A stretch of 64,000 bases of DNA. It comes from an uncultured candidate division Zixibacteria bacterium. Its GTDB lineage: Bacteria; Zixibacteria; MSB-5A5; GN15; FEB-12. Each line of letters begins with the position of its first letter. Position 1 is the first letter of the stretch. Both the position numbers and the translations under genes were made by a program. Below are positions 38,666 through 48,844 of this stretch, one piece after another. The notes beneath the pieces are model-generated. The model saw only the letters and a list, made by a program, of their open reading frames with translations. It ran no database searches and was not told where the DNA came from. Location of the stretch: contig OY760907.1 in the NCBI GenBank assembly GCA_963664195.1, positions 3,520,001-3,584,000 on the forward strand, written 5' to 3'.

Positions 38666-39229
38666 ATGACATGCCGTCAGGCTCAAGCGCTCCTGGAGGA
38701 CTTCGTTGACCACGAGCTGAACGGTTCGGACTCACAGCAACTCAAGGATCATCTCGATATCTGCGAGGACTGCCGCAAAGAGTACGAATCCTCAGTCAGG
38801 CTCAAAGAACTCCTATCCAACGGAGCCGGCCGGGATCCCGGCGACGATTATTTCACGGAAGTGCACAGCCTTATTATGGCTCGTACGGTGGAGTCATCGT
38901 CGTATTCAGGGGGCTACCCGGCTATCGCCGACCACGATGCCTCGGTGCGATCGCCGTTTGTACGGTCGTTGCTAATGGCAGCCGCGTCCATCTGTTTGTT
39001 CTTCATTTCCTTGTTGATCGGCTCCAATCGTGAGCTGGTCTTCTCGGAAGCACCGGACAGCTTTGACCAGCAGGGTACGATTACCCTGGTGACCATGGCG
39101 CAGTCAGAAACCGATACTCCCATGACAAATGCCGAGATCCTGCGAGTGAGCCACGGTGTGCTCTTGCTCGGTCCGCCAGGAATGCTCGGGCGTGTCGATG
39201 GCATAACCGGTGCACTTGACCTCGAATAG
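38666..39229 (+). CDS. zf-HC2 anti-sigma factor
   Basis: MTC..HLDICEDC zinc motif plus TM; follows the ECF sigma. Confidence 0.9.
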   Translation: MTCRQAQALLEDFVDHELNGSDSQQLKDHLDICEDCRKEYESSVRLKELLSNGAGRDPGDDYFTEVHSLIMARTVESSSYSGGYPAIADHDASVRSPFVRSLLMAAASICLFFISLLIGSNRELVFSEAPDSFDQQGTITLVTMAQSETDTPMTNAEILRVSHGVLLLGPPGMLGRVDGITGALDLE

Positions 39230-39262
39230 GTCAGCCTCGAAACAAGGAACTGGAGACAAGTT

Positions 39263-40150
39263 TTGATTAAATCTATAGTTGCGTTGGCCATGGTCGGCCT
39301 AATTGCTATGCTCATAACCTTCGGGTGCGATTCAGGCGAAAAGAAAGTCAGCCTGAAAATGAAATTCGTGCCCGACATGAAAGTGAGCTACAAGCAGATC
39401 ACCAAGGGGACACTGAAGCGGTATCGCGACGACAGTCTGACCCTGGATCGCTACAACGAAAACACGATGAATATCGACTGGCATGTCCGTCGAGTGCTCG
39501 AAGACTCTACCGCTGAGATACTGGAACAGAAGAGTATCAGGGTCTTCTCGAAGGATGAAACCGATTCAGTCGTTACGGACACGGTTCGCGAGATGACCGG
39601 CTACGTACTGTGGATGAAGCCAAACGGCAAGGTCATCGATCTCGATTTCACTTCGGATCGCTCCTCAGTCGATCTGGCCTATGTGCGAGATTACTTCGAA
39701 CAAGGCGCAGCCGTCTTTCCGAAGGGTGAGCACAGTCCCGGCTACAGTTGGACCCAGACTACGCGCGTGATCCTCCCCGATGGTCCTATTGAGGCATCAA
39801 CCACATACACAATTTCGTCGCTGGTTCGCGAGCGAGGCTACGACTGCGCCGTGATTGAGTACGAGGGAAACCTCATCCTCCCCATCCAGCCCTACCAGTA
39901 CCCTGGCATGGAGGGCGTTCGCGCCTTTGAACAGATTAGCGGTCTGGATAAGATCGAGACCTCGGGCAACCTCTATTTCGCCTACAAAGAAGGAATGGTC
40001 GTGCTCCAGCGGGAGAAGTGGAAGCTCGACGGTGACCGTTGTCAGGTCTATAAGGAGACAAAAGAACAACCGACAGACACGGTCAATCTGAAGATCAAAA
40101 TCGAGTACGACGTTGACTATTCGCTGCTGAAGCTCGACTACGGCAAATAG
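39263..40150 (+). CDS. Hypothetical lipoprotein
   Basis: Lipobox TFGC; GGAG RBS. Confidence 0.75.
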   Translation: MIKSIVALAMVGLIAMLITFGCDSGEKKVSLKMKFVPDMKVSYKQITKGTLKRYRDDSLTLDRYNENTMNIDWHVRRVLEDSTAEILEQKSIRVFSKDETDSVVTDTVREMTGYVLWMKPNGKVIDLDFTSDRSSVDLAYVRDYFEQGAAVFPKGEHSPGYSWTQTTRVILPDGPIEASTTYTISSLVRERGYDCAVIEYEGNLILPIQPYQYPGMEGVRAFEQISGLDKIETSGNLYFAYKEGMVVLQREKWKLDGDRCQVYKETKEQPTDTVNLKIKIEYDVDYSLLKLDYGK

Positions 40151-40171
40151 CACAGATTCAACACGGATTGA

Positions 40172-40203
40172 GCGGTCTCTCCTTTTCGGGGAGGCCGTTT
40201 TTT
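40172..40203 (+). terminator. Rho-independent terminator
   Basis: gcggtctctcc-tttt-cggggaggccgt followed by T run. Confidence 0.8.
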
Positions 40204-40243
40204 CATATCTTCGCTTCTGTTGCAGCCAAACCAAGGAGGACGG

Positions 40244-40921
40244 ATGCAGAGTATCCTGCATGATCTGAACCGACGTTTCGACCACACCCTGCTCCGGCCC
40301 GATGCCGAGTCGGCGGATATCGCCCGCCTGTGCGATGAGGCCAGGAGGCACGAATTCTATGCGGTCTGCGTCAATCCGATCTGGGTCGAGTTGGCCACCG
40401 AGAGACTGACTGAGAGCGAGACCCGTGTTGTGACTGTCGCCGGTTTTCCGCTGGGGGCATCCCGGACCGATGTAAAGATAGTCGAAGCGGTCAAGGGGGC
40501 TATCGACGGTGCCTGTGAAATCGATGTGGTAGCCAATATTGGGTGGTTGGTATCGGAGGAGTATGCCAGAGTCGAGTGCGAGCTAACGGATATCCGCCGG
40601 ATGCTGCCGCAGGAGACAGGGCTGAAGGTCATCATCGAGGCCTCAAAGCTTAACCAAGCGCAGCGGGTGGCGGCAACGGAAATAGTCGTCAACTCAGGTG
40701 CCCAATTCGTCAAGACCGGCACGGGGTTCTTTGGCGTGGCGGAAACTGCTCAGGTGCAAACACTTGTGAAGGCTGCACGAGGGCAGATCGGGGTTAAAGC
40801 GGCAGGTGGAATCAAGACTCTGGCGCAGTGTAGAGAACTGCTTGAAACGGGGGCCACACGTCTGGGTTGTTCTGCCTCGGTGATCATTATGGATGAGCTT
40901 GCCGATTCAACACTGTCGTAG
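40244..40921 (+). CDS. deoC: Deoxyribose-phosphate aldolase
   Basis: DHTLL, GFPLG, EIDVV, KVIIE, FVKTGTGF, VKAAGGIK. Confidence 0.95.
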   Translation: MQSILHDLNRRFDHTLLRPDAESADIARLCDEARRHEFYAVCVNPIWVELATERLTESETRVVTVAGFPLGASRTDVKIVEAVKGAIDGACEIDVVANIGWLVSEEYARVECELTDIRRMLPQETGLKVIIEASKLNQAQRVAATEIVVNSGAQFVKTGTGFFGVAETAQVQTLVKAARGQIGVKAAGGIKTLAQCRELLETGATRLGCSASVIIMDELADSTLS

Positions 40922-41008
40922 CAACTTCTCGCACAAGCACCCGCCCCCCCTCGTGCCCTTTTTGGTTTTATAACTTGCTCTCGGAGATTATATTTGCGTT
41001 AGACTAGT

Positions 41009-41200
41009 ATGACGGTAGAGAATAAGGGAAAGAAGCGACCTTTTTTGGGCGTCTACTTCAAGTGCTGCCACGTTTATCAGCGCTTGTATCTAAACCGTGA
41101 AGGGACAGCCTTTGTGGGGTATTGCCCCAAATGTGCTGCCAAATCGATGGTGAAGGTAGGTGTCGGCGGTTCCAAGTCGCGCTTCTACACTGCTGAATAA
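41009..41200 (+). CDS. Small Cys-rich (Zn-ribbon-like) hypothetical protein
   Basis: RPFLGVYFKCC..YCPKC; stop overlaps the next start (TAATG). Confidence 0.75.
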   Translation: MTVENKGKKRPFLGVYFKCCHVYQRLYLNREGTAFVGYCPKCAAKSMVKVGVGGSKSRFYTAE

Positions 41201-41757
41201 TGGCGAATACACCCGTGTCACTGCTGAAATCAAAGATTGTCGTTGTCCCGATGGGCGAAGTTGACTTCATGCTCGTCAACAAGCTGGCATCCGCTGTCGG
41301 TCCTGTGTTCAATCGCTCGGTCGATATCCTCAAAGGGATGAAAATGCCCCCTGAGTCCTACAACGTCGTTCGAAATCAGTATTACGCCCAGGTGCTTGTC
41401 TCCAAACTCGAGCGCACCAAAGCCAACAGTCGCGAGAAAGTGATTGCGATTTGCGAAGAGGACCTGTATGTACCGGAAGAAGCATACGTTATGGGTTGGG
41501 GCGACGGAGTCTCCGGGTGTGCTATCGTCTCGCTCTACCACATCCGCCAGGAGTTTTACGGACTCCCGGAGGATGACAGCAAGATCTACCCCCGTCTCTA
41601 CAAAGAGGCGATCCATCACCTTGGGCACCTGTTCGACCTCAGCGAATGCCGCAATCCGAAATGCGTCAATTATTTCAGCCAGATGATGCTGGACATTGAC
41701 AACAAGAGCGACAAGTTCTGCGATATCTGCCGTCGTCGCCTGACCGGCGTGGTCTAA
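41200..41757 (+). CDS. Archaemetzincin (M54)-like protein with degenerate active site
   Basis: RNQY, EDLY, KEAIHHLGHLFDLSEC, C-x4-C...DxKSxxFCxxC. Confidence 0.85.
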   Translation: MANTPVSLLKSKIVVVPMGEVDFMLVNKLASAVGPVFNRSVDILKGMKMPPESYNVVRNQYYAQVLVSKLERTKANSREKVIAICEEDLYVPEEAYVMGWGDGVSGCAIVSLYHIRQEFYGLPEDDSKIYPRLYKEAIHHLGHLFDLSECRNPKCVNYFSQMMLDIDNKSDKFCDICRRRLTGVV

Positions 41758-41782
41758 GAACCAGGTCGCCGAACGGGAACGC

Positions 41783-44062
41783 ATGACACTCGAACAGATT
41801 ATTGATTTCCTGAAGACCGACCGTGCTATCGGCCAGAACATCAACCACTGGCACACGCAACCTCCCAAAGACGCCCGATACGCCGATTTCCCGCCAAACC
41901 TCGATCTGCGTCTGGTACGAACGCTCGAAGAAAAAGGTATCAAGCAGCTCTATACGCACCAGAGCGAAGCAATCGAGGCCATAGTCAACGGAGATGACGT
42001 GGTAGTCGTAACTCCGACCGCTTCCGGCAAGACGCTGTGCTACAATCTGCCGGTAGTGAATGAGATTCTCAGAAACCCGTCGTCGCGTGCGCTGTACCTC
42101 TTCCCTACCAAGGCCCTGTCTCAGGATCAGCTCTCGGAGTTGCACGACTTGATCACCAAAATCGATGTCGACATCAAGACCTACACGTTCGACGGCGACA
42201 CGCCGCAAACCGCGCGACGCTTGATCCGCTCCGCCGGGCATATCGTCGTCAGCAACCCGGACATGCTCCATGCCGGGATTCTCCCCCACCACACCAAATG
42301 GATCAAGCTGTTCGAGAATCTCAAGTTCGTCGTGATCGACGAGGTCCACCACTACCGGGGCATATTCGGTTCACACCTGGCCAATGTCATTAAACGCCTG
42401 AAGCGCATATGTCGTTTCTACGGATCCAATCCGCAGTTCATCTGTTGCTCGGCGACAATCGCCAATCCGGATGAACTGGCAGGAAGAATCATCGGACGGC
42501 CGTTGAAACTCGTCAACGACAACGGCGCTCCTTCCGGCGAAAAACACTTCCTCCTCTACAACCCACCGGTCATAAATCCGCAGTTGGGCATTCGAAAGTC
42601 CGCAATCAAAGAGGCCTCGCGATTGGCGGCATCGTTCCTGCGACACCGCGTACAAACGATTGTATTCGCCCATTTCAGACTCTATGTGGAGGTCCTGCTG
42701 ACATACCTGCAACGAGAACTGAAGGGCGATTTCGGACGAGGCGTCAACGTGGCTGGCTATCGCGGCGGTTATCTTCCCAACGAGCGGCGACGAATTGAAC
42801 GTGGCCTGCGAAACGGCGACATCACCGGCGTGGTCTCGACCAACGCGCTGGAACTGGGAATCGATATCGGCGCGCTCGACGTCTCAATCATTGTCGGCTA
42901 TCCCGGATCAATCGCCTCGCTCTTGCAGCAAGCCGGACGGGCCGGGCGACGGTCATCTACATCGCTGACAGTCATGGTGGCAAACTCTTCGGCGATCAAT
43001 CAGTTCCTGTGCAGCGAGCCGAAGTATATTTTCGACCGTACGCCGGAATCGAGCATCATTGATCCCGACAATCTGATCATCAAGACGAATCATCTCAAGT
43101 GCGCTTCGTTTGAATTGCCGTTCGATGATGAAGAACTTGAGGGCGACGTCACCAGCGCCAAGATCCTCGATTACCTTACGGGAGAAAACGTCGTGCGGCG
43201 ATCCAATAACCGATATCACTGGTCGTCGGAAATCTATCCCGCGCAACAAGTATCTTTACGATCGGCCTCCCCGGAGAACTTCGTTATTCTCAACGACTCC
43301 GACAATGCGCGTGTGATCGGCGAGGTCGACTATTTCTCCGCACCGATATTTCTGCATCCCGAAGCGATTTATCTCCACGGTGCCGAGCAGTATCAAGTCA
43401 CTCAGTTGGATTGGGAGGGCCGCAAGGCGTACGTGAAAGAAGTTAAGGTCGATTACTACACCGACGCCGAAACGAAGTCGGATTTGAAAGTGCTGGCGGT
43501 CGAGGAAGAAGAACAGACAATCGACCAATCCGCCTCTCATTGGGGCGAGGTGTCGCTGACCTGCACGACCGTCATGTACAAAAAGATCAAGTTCGAGACG
43601 CATGAAAACGTCGGCTACGGCGACTTGAAACTCCCCGAGTTGGAAATGCACACCAATGCTTTCTGGTATTCCTTCCCCGGCGATGTGCAGTTCAAGCTTG
43701 AACTCGAAGGCTCCCAGTTTGGCGGGTCGCTTCGAGGTCTGGCGAACATCCTTGGCAAGATCGCGCCGTTGTGGGTGATGTGTGACCATCGGGATTTGCG
43801 CTCGATCTCACAGGTACGGGCACCGTTCACCGAACGACCGACCGTCTACATCTACGAAAACATCCCCGGCGGCGTTGGCTTGTCTGAGAAGCTCTTCTCA
43901 CATTCTGACAAGCTGTTCGAGGCATGCAAACAGCACGTGACCTCGTGCCCGTGTCCGAAAGGGTGCCCCTCGTGTGTCGGCCCACCGATGGAAGTCGGCC
44001 AGGGCGGCAAAGAGGGCGTGTTGAAGCTGCTGGATTACATGCTGGCGGTCGCGGAGGCGTGA
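41783..44062 (+). CDS. DEAD/DEAH helicase with DUF1998 (MrfA/YprA/Hrq1-like)
   Basis: TPTASGKT, DEVH, SAT, TNALELGIDIG, QQAGRAGR, C-terminal CPCPKGCPSC. Confidence 0.95.
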   Translation: MTLEQIIDFLKTDRAIGQNINHWHTQPPKDARYADFPPNLDLRLVRTLEEKGIKQLYTHQSEAIEAIVNGDDVVVVTPTASGKTLCYNLPVVNEILRNPSSRALYLFPTKALSQDQLSELHDLITKIDVDIKTYTFDGDTPQTARRLIRSAGHIVVSNPDMLHAGILPHHTKWIKLFENLKFVVIDEVHHYRGIFGSHLANVIKRLKRICRFYGSNPQFICCSATIANPDELAGRIIGRPLKLVNDNGAPSGEKHFLLYNPPVINPQLGIRKSAIKEASRLAASFLRHRVQTIVFAHFRLYVEVLLTYLQRELKGDFGRGVNVAGYRGGYLPNERRRIERGLRNGDITGVVSTNALELGIDIGALDVSIIVGYPGSIASLLQQAGRAGRRSSTSLTVMVANSSAINQFLCSEPKYIFDRTPESSIIDPDNLIIKTNHLKCASFELPFDDEELEGDVTSAKILDYLTGENVVRRSNNRYHWSSEIYPAQQVSLRSASPENFVILNDSDNARVIGEVDYFSAPIFLHPEAIYLHGAEQYQVTQLDWEGRKAYVKEVKVDYYTDAETKSDLKVLAVEEEEQTIDQSASHWGEVSLTCTTVMYKKIKFETHENVGYGDLKLPELEMHTNAFWYSFPGDVQFKLELEGSQFGGSLRGLANILGKIAPLWVMCDHRDLRSISQVRAPFTERPTVYIYENIPGGVGLSEKLFSHSDKLFEACKQHVTSCPCPKGCPSCVGPPMEVGQGGKEGVLKLLDYMLAVAEA

Positions 44063-44066
44063 GGTG

Positions 44067-44177
44067 TATGGGTATTGGGGGTATAACTTGAGCGAGGCAT
44101 GCCCTAGAATCCCGGGATGTCTTACCACAGCGCGTGCCACCCTCAAAGAAGCTTTGAGGGTGGCACGCGGCCGTTGA
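44067..44177 (+). pseudogene. Possible HicB-like remnant
   Basis: GYW then EACPRIPGCLTTARATLKEALRVAR resembles the HicB N-terminus; no intact ORF. Confidence 0.35.
44131..44169. terminator. Perfect 18-bp hairpin between convergent genes
   Basis: cgcgtgccaccctcaaag-aag-ctttgagggtggcacgcg. Confidence 0.6.
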
Positions 44178-44201
44178 AGCCAGACTATGTCGAGATAGTG
44201 T

Positions 44202-45029
44202 CTATTCTTCGGTGTCAAGCATGCAGGGATACTCGAAAACGGCAGTGACATATGAAGGCAGCACACTCGTCGAATCGAAAACCGCATACTCCAACAGGAT
44301 TGTCTTGTCGAAGTATCTGACGTACACACAAGGGCCATCCTTGAAGTCGTCAAGCCATTCTGCCGAAATGGCTGACATCCCGCCCCGGTATCTAAACTCT
44401 TCAAACAAGTACGTTGTATCGATGACATTCCACCCTCGCGATCTCAGGAACGACTCCGAGTAGACTGACAGCGAAGGGAATGATCTCGCATTGAAGTGGA
44501 CTGACGCAAGCCTGTCGGCTGTCGACACGATAGGCACAAACACATCGGAAAGGCGCCGGACCGCGCCCATATAGTCTGCGTGAGCAGCGACAAAGTCCTC
44601 GTCCGCATACACATCCAGGGAGTCCTGTGAGATATGTCCTTGATCAAACCGTGAGTCCCAAGCCGCAAGAGCCGGCTCAATGCTTCCGTCCTCGCCGACC
44701 CCGTAGCAACGTCTGAATTCCTCACTACGAAGGAATCGAAGAAGGTGGAAGCCGTAGAGAGTATCCCCACTCGAGTCTTCAGAGCACAGAGAGTACACGT
44801 CGGACTTCATACCGCGCACCTTGTCCGAGATTTCGACGGCCACTGCTTGTAGGGCGGGAGGCAATGCTAGGTGTAGACTATCCGACTCGTCTGAAAGCGA
44901 AACTAGTAATCCGTTGCTTCGGTCAACCTTAGGAGGCGAAAACGATTCCTCGTGCTCTGAACATGCAAAGACACAGAGCACGACTACAAACGTGGTCGCC
45001 AATGCGAATGCTATACGTTTTGGGGACAC
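44202..45029 (-). CDS. Hypothetical lipoprotein
   Basis: Lipobox VFAC; 275 aa. Confidence 0.65.
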   Translation of the reverse strand: MSPKRIAFALATTFVVVLCVFACSEHEESFSPPKVDRSNGLLVSLSDESDSLHLALPPALQAVAVEISDKVRGMKSDVYSLCSEDSSGDTLYGFHLLRFLRSEEFRRCYGVGEDGSIEPALAAWDSRFDQGHISQDSLDVYADEDFVAAHADYMGAVRRLSDVFVPIVSTADRLASVHFNARSFPSLSVYSESFLRSRGWNVIDTTYLFEEFRYRGGMSAISAEWLDDFKDGPCVYVRYFDKTILLEYAVFDSTSVLPSYVTAVFEYPCMLDTEE

Positions 45030-45038
45030 TGCTCCCCT

Positions 45039-45974
45039 CTAGAAAACTGAAAACTTGAAATAGTCTCTCGGGTTATCCTGGATGTCCGTGATAAGATTGT
45101 TTGCACGGGCCAGAAGATTCGTCATCTCCACGTACAACGCCGTGTCGTTGACAAGCAATCCCAGGTTCCCCTCGGCTACGTCGATCTTCGTCAAGATCGA
45201 GTCCAACCGCGCCGTCGTCCCGGCCAGGTTGTCGTACAACGCCGGGTCGGACATCAACCGGCCAACCGTACTTTCGTTCTGATTGACCTGATCCGCCAAA
45301 GAAGCAACCGAACCGGACATCTTCTCAAGCGATACCATCAACCGTTCTTGATTCGCCTGGAGACCTACGGAAAGCTCGGTCAAGCTGGCCAGCAAATCTG
45401 TCATCTGCGTATAGAGCTCTTCGTCGCTGGCGATACGTCCAAGCGTCCCTTCGCCGCGATTCATTCGAGTGAGCATCGTATCAAGACTCGCTACAACCGC
45501 TCCTGCGCTGTTTGCGGCCTCTTCCCCGGCTTTGAACATATCGGGAGCATTGCCGATCTCCTGAGTAGCGATTACACCCATATCTTCGATTATATCTCCG
45601 CCGTGCACCCCCGGCCTGATCTCGATATACTTGTCTCCGAGGAACCCAATCGTCCCAAGCACCACACGAGCATCCTGAGTCAGATACGGCCAAATCGACC
45701 TCTTTACTCTACAGACGACCCGCACGTTTCTGGACTCGTCGACAATATCGAAATCCAGCGATGAGACGTTGCCAACCTCAAGGCCCGACATCCAGATGGG
45801 GGAGCCTTTGACAAGACCGTTGACGTTACCAAAGTAACAGACAAACGAGCCCTTTTTATCAAATATGGAAGTACCACCACCGGTAATGGAAGTGTACATC
45901 AACGCCGTAAGAGCGAACAGAAGAAGGGCACCCACCCAAAGCCGTCCCCACTTGACCCTAATCGATCTTTGCAT
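45039..45974 (-). CDS. mlaD: MlaD/MCE family protein
   Basis: GLVKGSPIWMSGLEVG, GFLGDKYIEIRPG, GEGTLG helical repeats. Confidence 0.92.
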   Translation of the reverse strand: MQRSIRVKWGRLWVGALLLFALTALMYTSITGGGTSIFDKKGSFVCYFGNVNGLVKGSPIWMSGLEVGNVSSLDFDIVDESRNVRVVCRVKRSIWPYLTQDARVVLGTIGFLGDKYIEIRPGVHGGDIIEDMGVIATQEIGNAPDMFKAGEEAANSAGAVVASLDTMLTRMNRGEGTLGRIASDEELYTQMTDLLASLTELSVGLQANQERLMVSLEKMSGSVASLADQVNQNESTVGRLMSDPALYDNLAGTTARLDSILTKIDVAEGNLGLLVNDTALYVEMTNLLARANNLITDIQDNPRDYFKFSVF

Positions 45975-45996
45975 AATCTAAACCTTTGCTTTCCGG

Positions 45997-46815
45997 CTAA
46001 TCATCCCGGCGTTTTCCGTAACCATCATCGGGAGAGTCCTGGATACGGATGAATCGCTTCCGGGCAACTTCTTCAAATGAATCTCTAAACGGTTGTAAAA
46101 ACCCGACTACGCGCTCATCGTCGCTGGACCGCAGTTCTTCCAGGTCTCCGTCAAACACGACATGCCCCGCATCGATAACCACAAATCGGTCACCGATCGA
46201 GATCGCATCGGCAATCTGGTGGGTCACGATAATCGATGAAATGCCCTTTTCCCGGTGGAGCTTCATGATCAGCTCCAGCACGTTCAACGTGGCTATCGGA
46301 TCAAGCCCGGTAGTAGGCTCATCATAGAGCATAACTTTCGGATTTGTAGACAGCAGTGCGCGACCGATAGCCACCCGTCTTCGCATCCCGCCTGAGAGTT
46401 CTTCCGGTAACTTGTCGCCGACCTCGTCAGGGTTCAGCCCCACAAAGCCGAGCATCTCAGCGGCGTGCACGGCGATTTCATTCCAGGACTGACGCGTATG
46501 TTCCAGCAGATAGTAGCCGACATTCTCCCCCACCGTGAGTGAATCGAACAACGCGCCGTCCTGAAACACCATCCCGATATCTTTTCGCAGGTGACGTTTG
46601 TCGCGCTCTTTCATCACGCAGATGTTCTGATCACCGATCATGACCTGTCCGCTCTGCGGGCATTCAAGGCCAAGAATCAGCCGCAACACGGTCGATTTGC
46701 CTGAACCGGAAGGCCCCATCACTACCACCATCTCAGAGTCGTCAACCTTAAACGAAACGTTCTTCAAGACCTGTTTGTCACCGTAGGAGAAGTCAACACC
46801 TTTGAGCTCAATCAT
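45997..46815 (-). CDS. mlaF: MlaF-type ABC ATPase
   Basis: GPSGSGKS, FQDGALFDSLTV, LSGGMRRRV, YDEPTTGLDP. Confidence 0.93.
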   Translation of the reverse strand: MIELKGVDFSYGDKQVLKNVSFKVDDSEMVVVMGPSGSGKSTVLRLILGLECPQSGQVMIGDQNICVMKERDKRHLRKDIGMVFQDGALFDSLTVGENVGYYLLEHTRQSWNEIAVHAAEMLGFVGLNPDEVGDKLPEELSGGMRRRVAIGRALLSTNPKVMLYDEPTTGLDPIATLNVLELIMKLHREKGISSIIVTHQIADAISIGDRFVVIDAGHVVFDGDLEELRSSDDERVVGFLQPFRDSFEEVARKRFIRIQDSPDDGYGKRRDD

Positions 46816-47594
46816 AGATACCCCTTGAGTGCGCCGCCGACAATCTTGGTGATGAAGAAGTTGACGATGAGAATCGTTATCGAAGTCATCATGACCGAAT
46901 TAGTGGTAGCTTGGCCGACTCCTTTGGTCCCTCCGCTGGCAGTAAAGCCGCGATAGCACGAGATAAACGCGATCACAAACGAGAAGATGACCGGTTTCAG
47001 CAACCCCATAAAGATGTTGCCAAAAGTCAGCTTCGCGAACACTGACGACCAGTACATGGTCGAGGTAACATTGGCAATAAAGAGAGCGATAATCCATCCG
47101 CCCACAATCGCGACCACGTCGCAGACGATGGTCAACGCCGGCACCATGACCATCAGCGATATCAGTCGAGGGCGGGCAATCTTGCGAATGGGATCGATAC
47201 CAAACGCGATCATAGCGTCAAGCTGATTGGAGGACCGCATCGCGCCAATTTCGGCAGTGATACCCGAGGCGACACGAGCGGCAATCATCAGGCCCGTGAG
47301 CGTCGGAGCCAGTTCCCGCACAATTGCCATAGACATGATTCGCCCGAGATAATCCTTCGCCCCGAATGCGGCCAGTTCCTGCGAAAACGCCAGCGCAAAG
47401 CCTTGACCGGAGAATGCGCCCGTCAAAATCACCAGAAACAGCGATCCCACGCCGATAAGGTACATCTGCTCCATCGTCTCGGCAAAGTAGAACGGACGAC
47501 GAAACAGCGAGGCAATCATCTTGGCCGAGAAGAAGAAAAGGCCCTGTGTCTCCTGCGCGGCGAATTTCAGCCAGTTGTTGAAGGCTCTAAGAAT
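46812..47594 (-). CDS. mlaE: MlaE-type ABC permease (first ATG at 47519; likely extends to a non-canonical start)
   Basis: RELAPTLTGLMIAARVASGITAEIG, GGTKGVGQATT. Confidence 0.9.
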   Translation of the reverse strand: MLRAFNNWLKFAAQETQGLFFFSAKMIASLFRRPFYFAETMEQMYLIGVGSLFLVILTGAFSGQGFALAFSQELAAFGAKDYLGRIMSMAIVRELAPTLTGLMIAARVASGITAEIGAMRSSNQLDAMIAFGIDPIRKIARPRLISLMVMVPALTIVCDVVAIVGGWIIALFIANVTSTMYWSSVFAKLTFGNIFMGLLKPVIFSFVIAFISCYRGFTASGGTKGVGQATTNSVMMTSITILIVNFFITKIVGGALKGYL

Positions 47595-47764
47595 GGGGAT
47601 GTCCTTTCACTTTCTTCGCCAATGGTAGCCGGATGCATCCATCAAGTCAAGGTCAAACGGAAGGTTGCCAAATCGGGTAAATGTCGTATTATCCCCTGAC
47701 AAAACGACGAACAATCTTCGCGATAATTTGTTTGTACACTGTATTGGAACGAAAGACCTCAAGT

Positions 47765-48799
47765 ATGTCAATAAAAGATTCTGAAAAACGTGGCCACGCC
47801 ATCGCTTTGTTCTCCGGGGGATTGGACTCTTCCCTGGCGATAATCCTGATGCTTCAGCAGAACATCGAGGTCACCGCACTGACTTTCATGACACATTTTG
47901 GCTGTGATCTCGGTGACCGATCCTCCTGTGGTACCGACCCGTATCCTGTGGCCGAGAAGTTCGGTTTCAGAGTCAAGCTGGTTCATCTGGGACAGAAGTT
48001 CGTGGACATCGTCGAGAAACCGAAATTCGGACGTGGCGGCAACATGAACCCGTGTGTAGACTGCCGCATTCTCATGCTCCGCGAAGCCAAAGAGTTCATG
48101 GAGATGTCTGGCGCCGACTTTATTGTTACCGGTGAAGTCCTTGGTCAGAGACCGTTTTCACAGGTGAAAGACAAGATCAATCTTACAATTAGAGAGGCCG
48201 GCCTGAAGGGCAAACTGCTTCGTCCGCTGTCGGCCAAGCTTCTCCCTCCGACGGACGCCGAACTGAGCGGCATGGTCGATAGAAGCCGGCTCGAAGACAT
48301 CTCCGGGCGCTCTCGCAAGCGTCAGATGGAGTTGGCGGCCAGGTTTGGGCTTGAGGACTACCCCAACCCCGGCGGGGGTTGTCTGCTAACCGACGTCGGC
48401 TACTCGAATCGCCTTCGTGACTTGCTGCTGCACACGGAACACCTGAACTTTGACGACCTCAATCTCCTGCGCGTGGGGCGACACTTCAGACTTGATCCAC
48501 AAACCAAGCTAGTGGTCGGGCGAGACGAACGTGACAATAACCTGATCATGGGATACAAGCAGAATCACCACTACTTACTGGAAGCTCCCGATATTGGTTC
48601 ACCGTTAACGCTTCTGGTGGGAAATGCCAGTGAGGAGAATCTCAAAATGGCGGCGATGATCACCGCACGGTACAGCTCAGGCAAGCGCGAGTCATCGATC
48701 CGTGTGGTCTCCAATCGACTCTCAGATAATGTGGAGACTGAGATGACGGTCGCTCCCGCTTGCGATAAAGACATAGCTCCGATCTCAATCAGACAGTAG
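47765..48799 (+). CDS. ThiI/MnmA-like PP-loop tRNA sulfurtransferase family protein
   Basis: LFSGGLDS, NPCVDCR, TGEVLGQRPFSQ, PGGGCLLTD, GRHFR. Confidence 0.85.
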   Translation: MSIKDSEKRGHAIALFSGGLDSSLAIILMLQQNIEVTALTFMTHFGCDLGDRSSCGTDPYPVAEKFGFRVKLVHLGQKFVDIVEKPKFGRGGNMNPCVDCRILMLREAKEFMEMSGADFIVTGEVLGQRPFSQVKDKINLTIREAGLKGKLLRPLSAKLLPPTDAELSGMVDRSRLEDISGRSRKRQMELAARFGLEDYPNPGGGCLLTDVGYSNRLRDLLLHTEHLNFDDLNLLRVGRHFRLDPQTKLVVGRDERDNNLIMGYKQNHHYLLEAPDIGSPLTLLVGNASEENLKMAAMITARYSSGKRESSIRVVSNRLSDNVETEMTVAPACDKDIAPISIRQ

Positions 48800-48807
48800 T
48801 ATTGTGC

Positions 48808-48844
48808 AAAAAAACAGAGGCCCCGGTACTCACCGGGGTCTCTT
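48808..48844. terminator. Terminator hairpin
   Basis: aaaaaaac-agaggccccggt-actc-accggggtctct. Confidence 0.7.
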
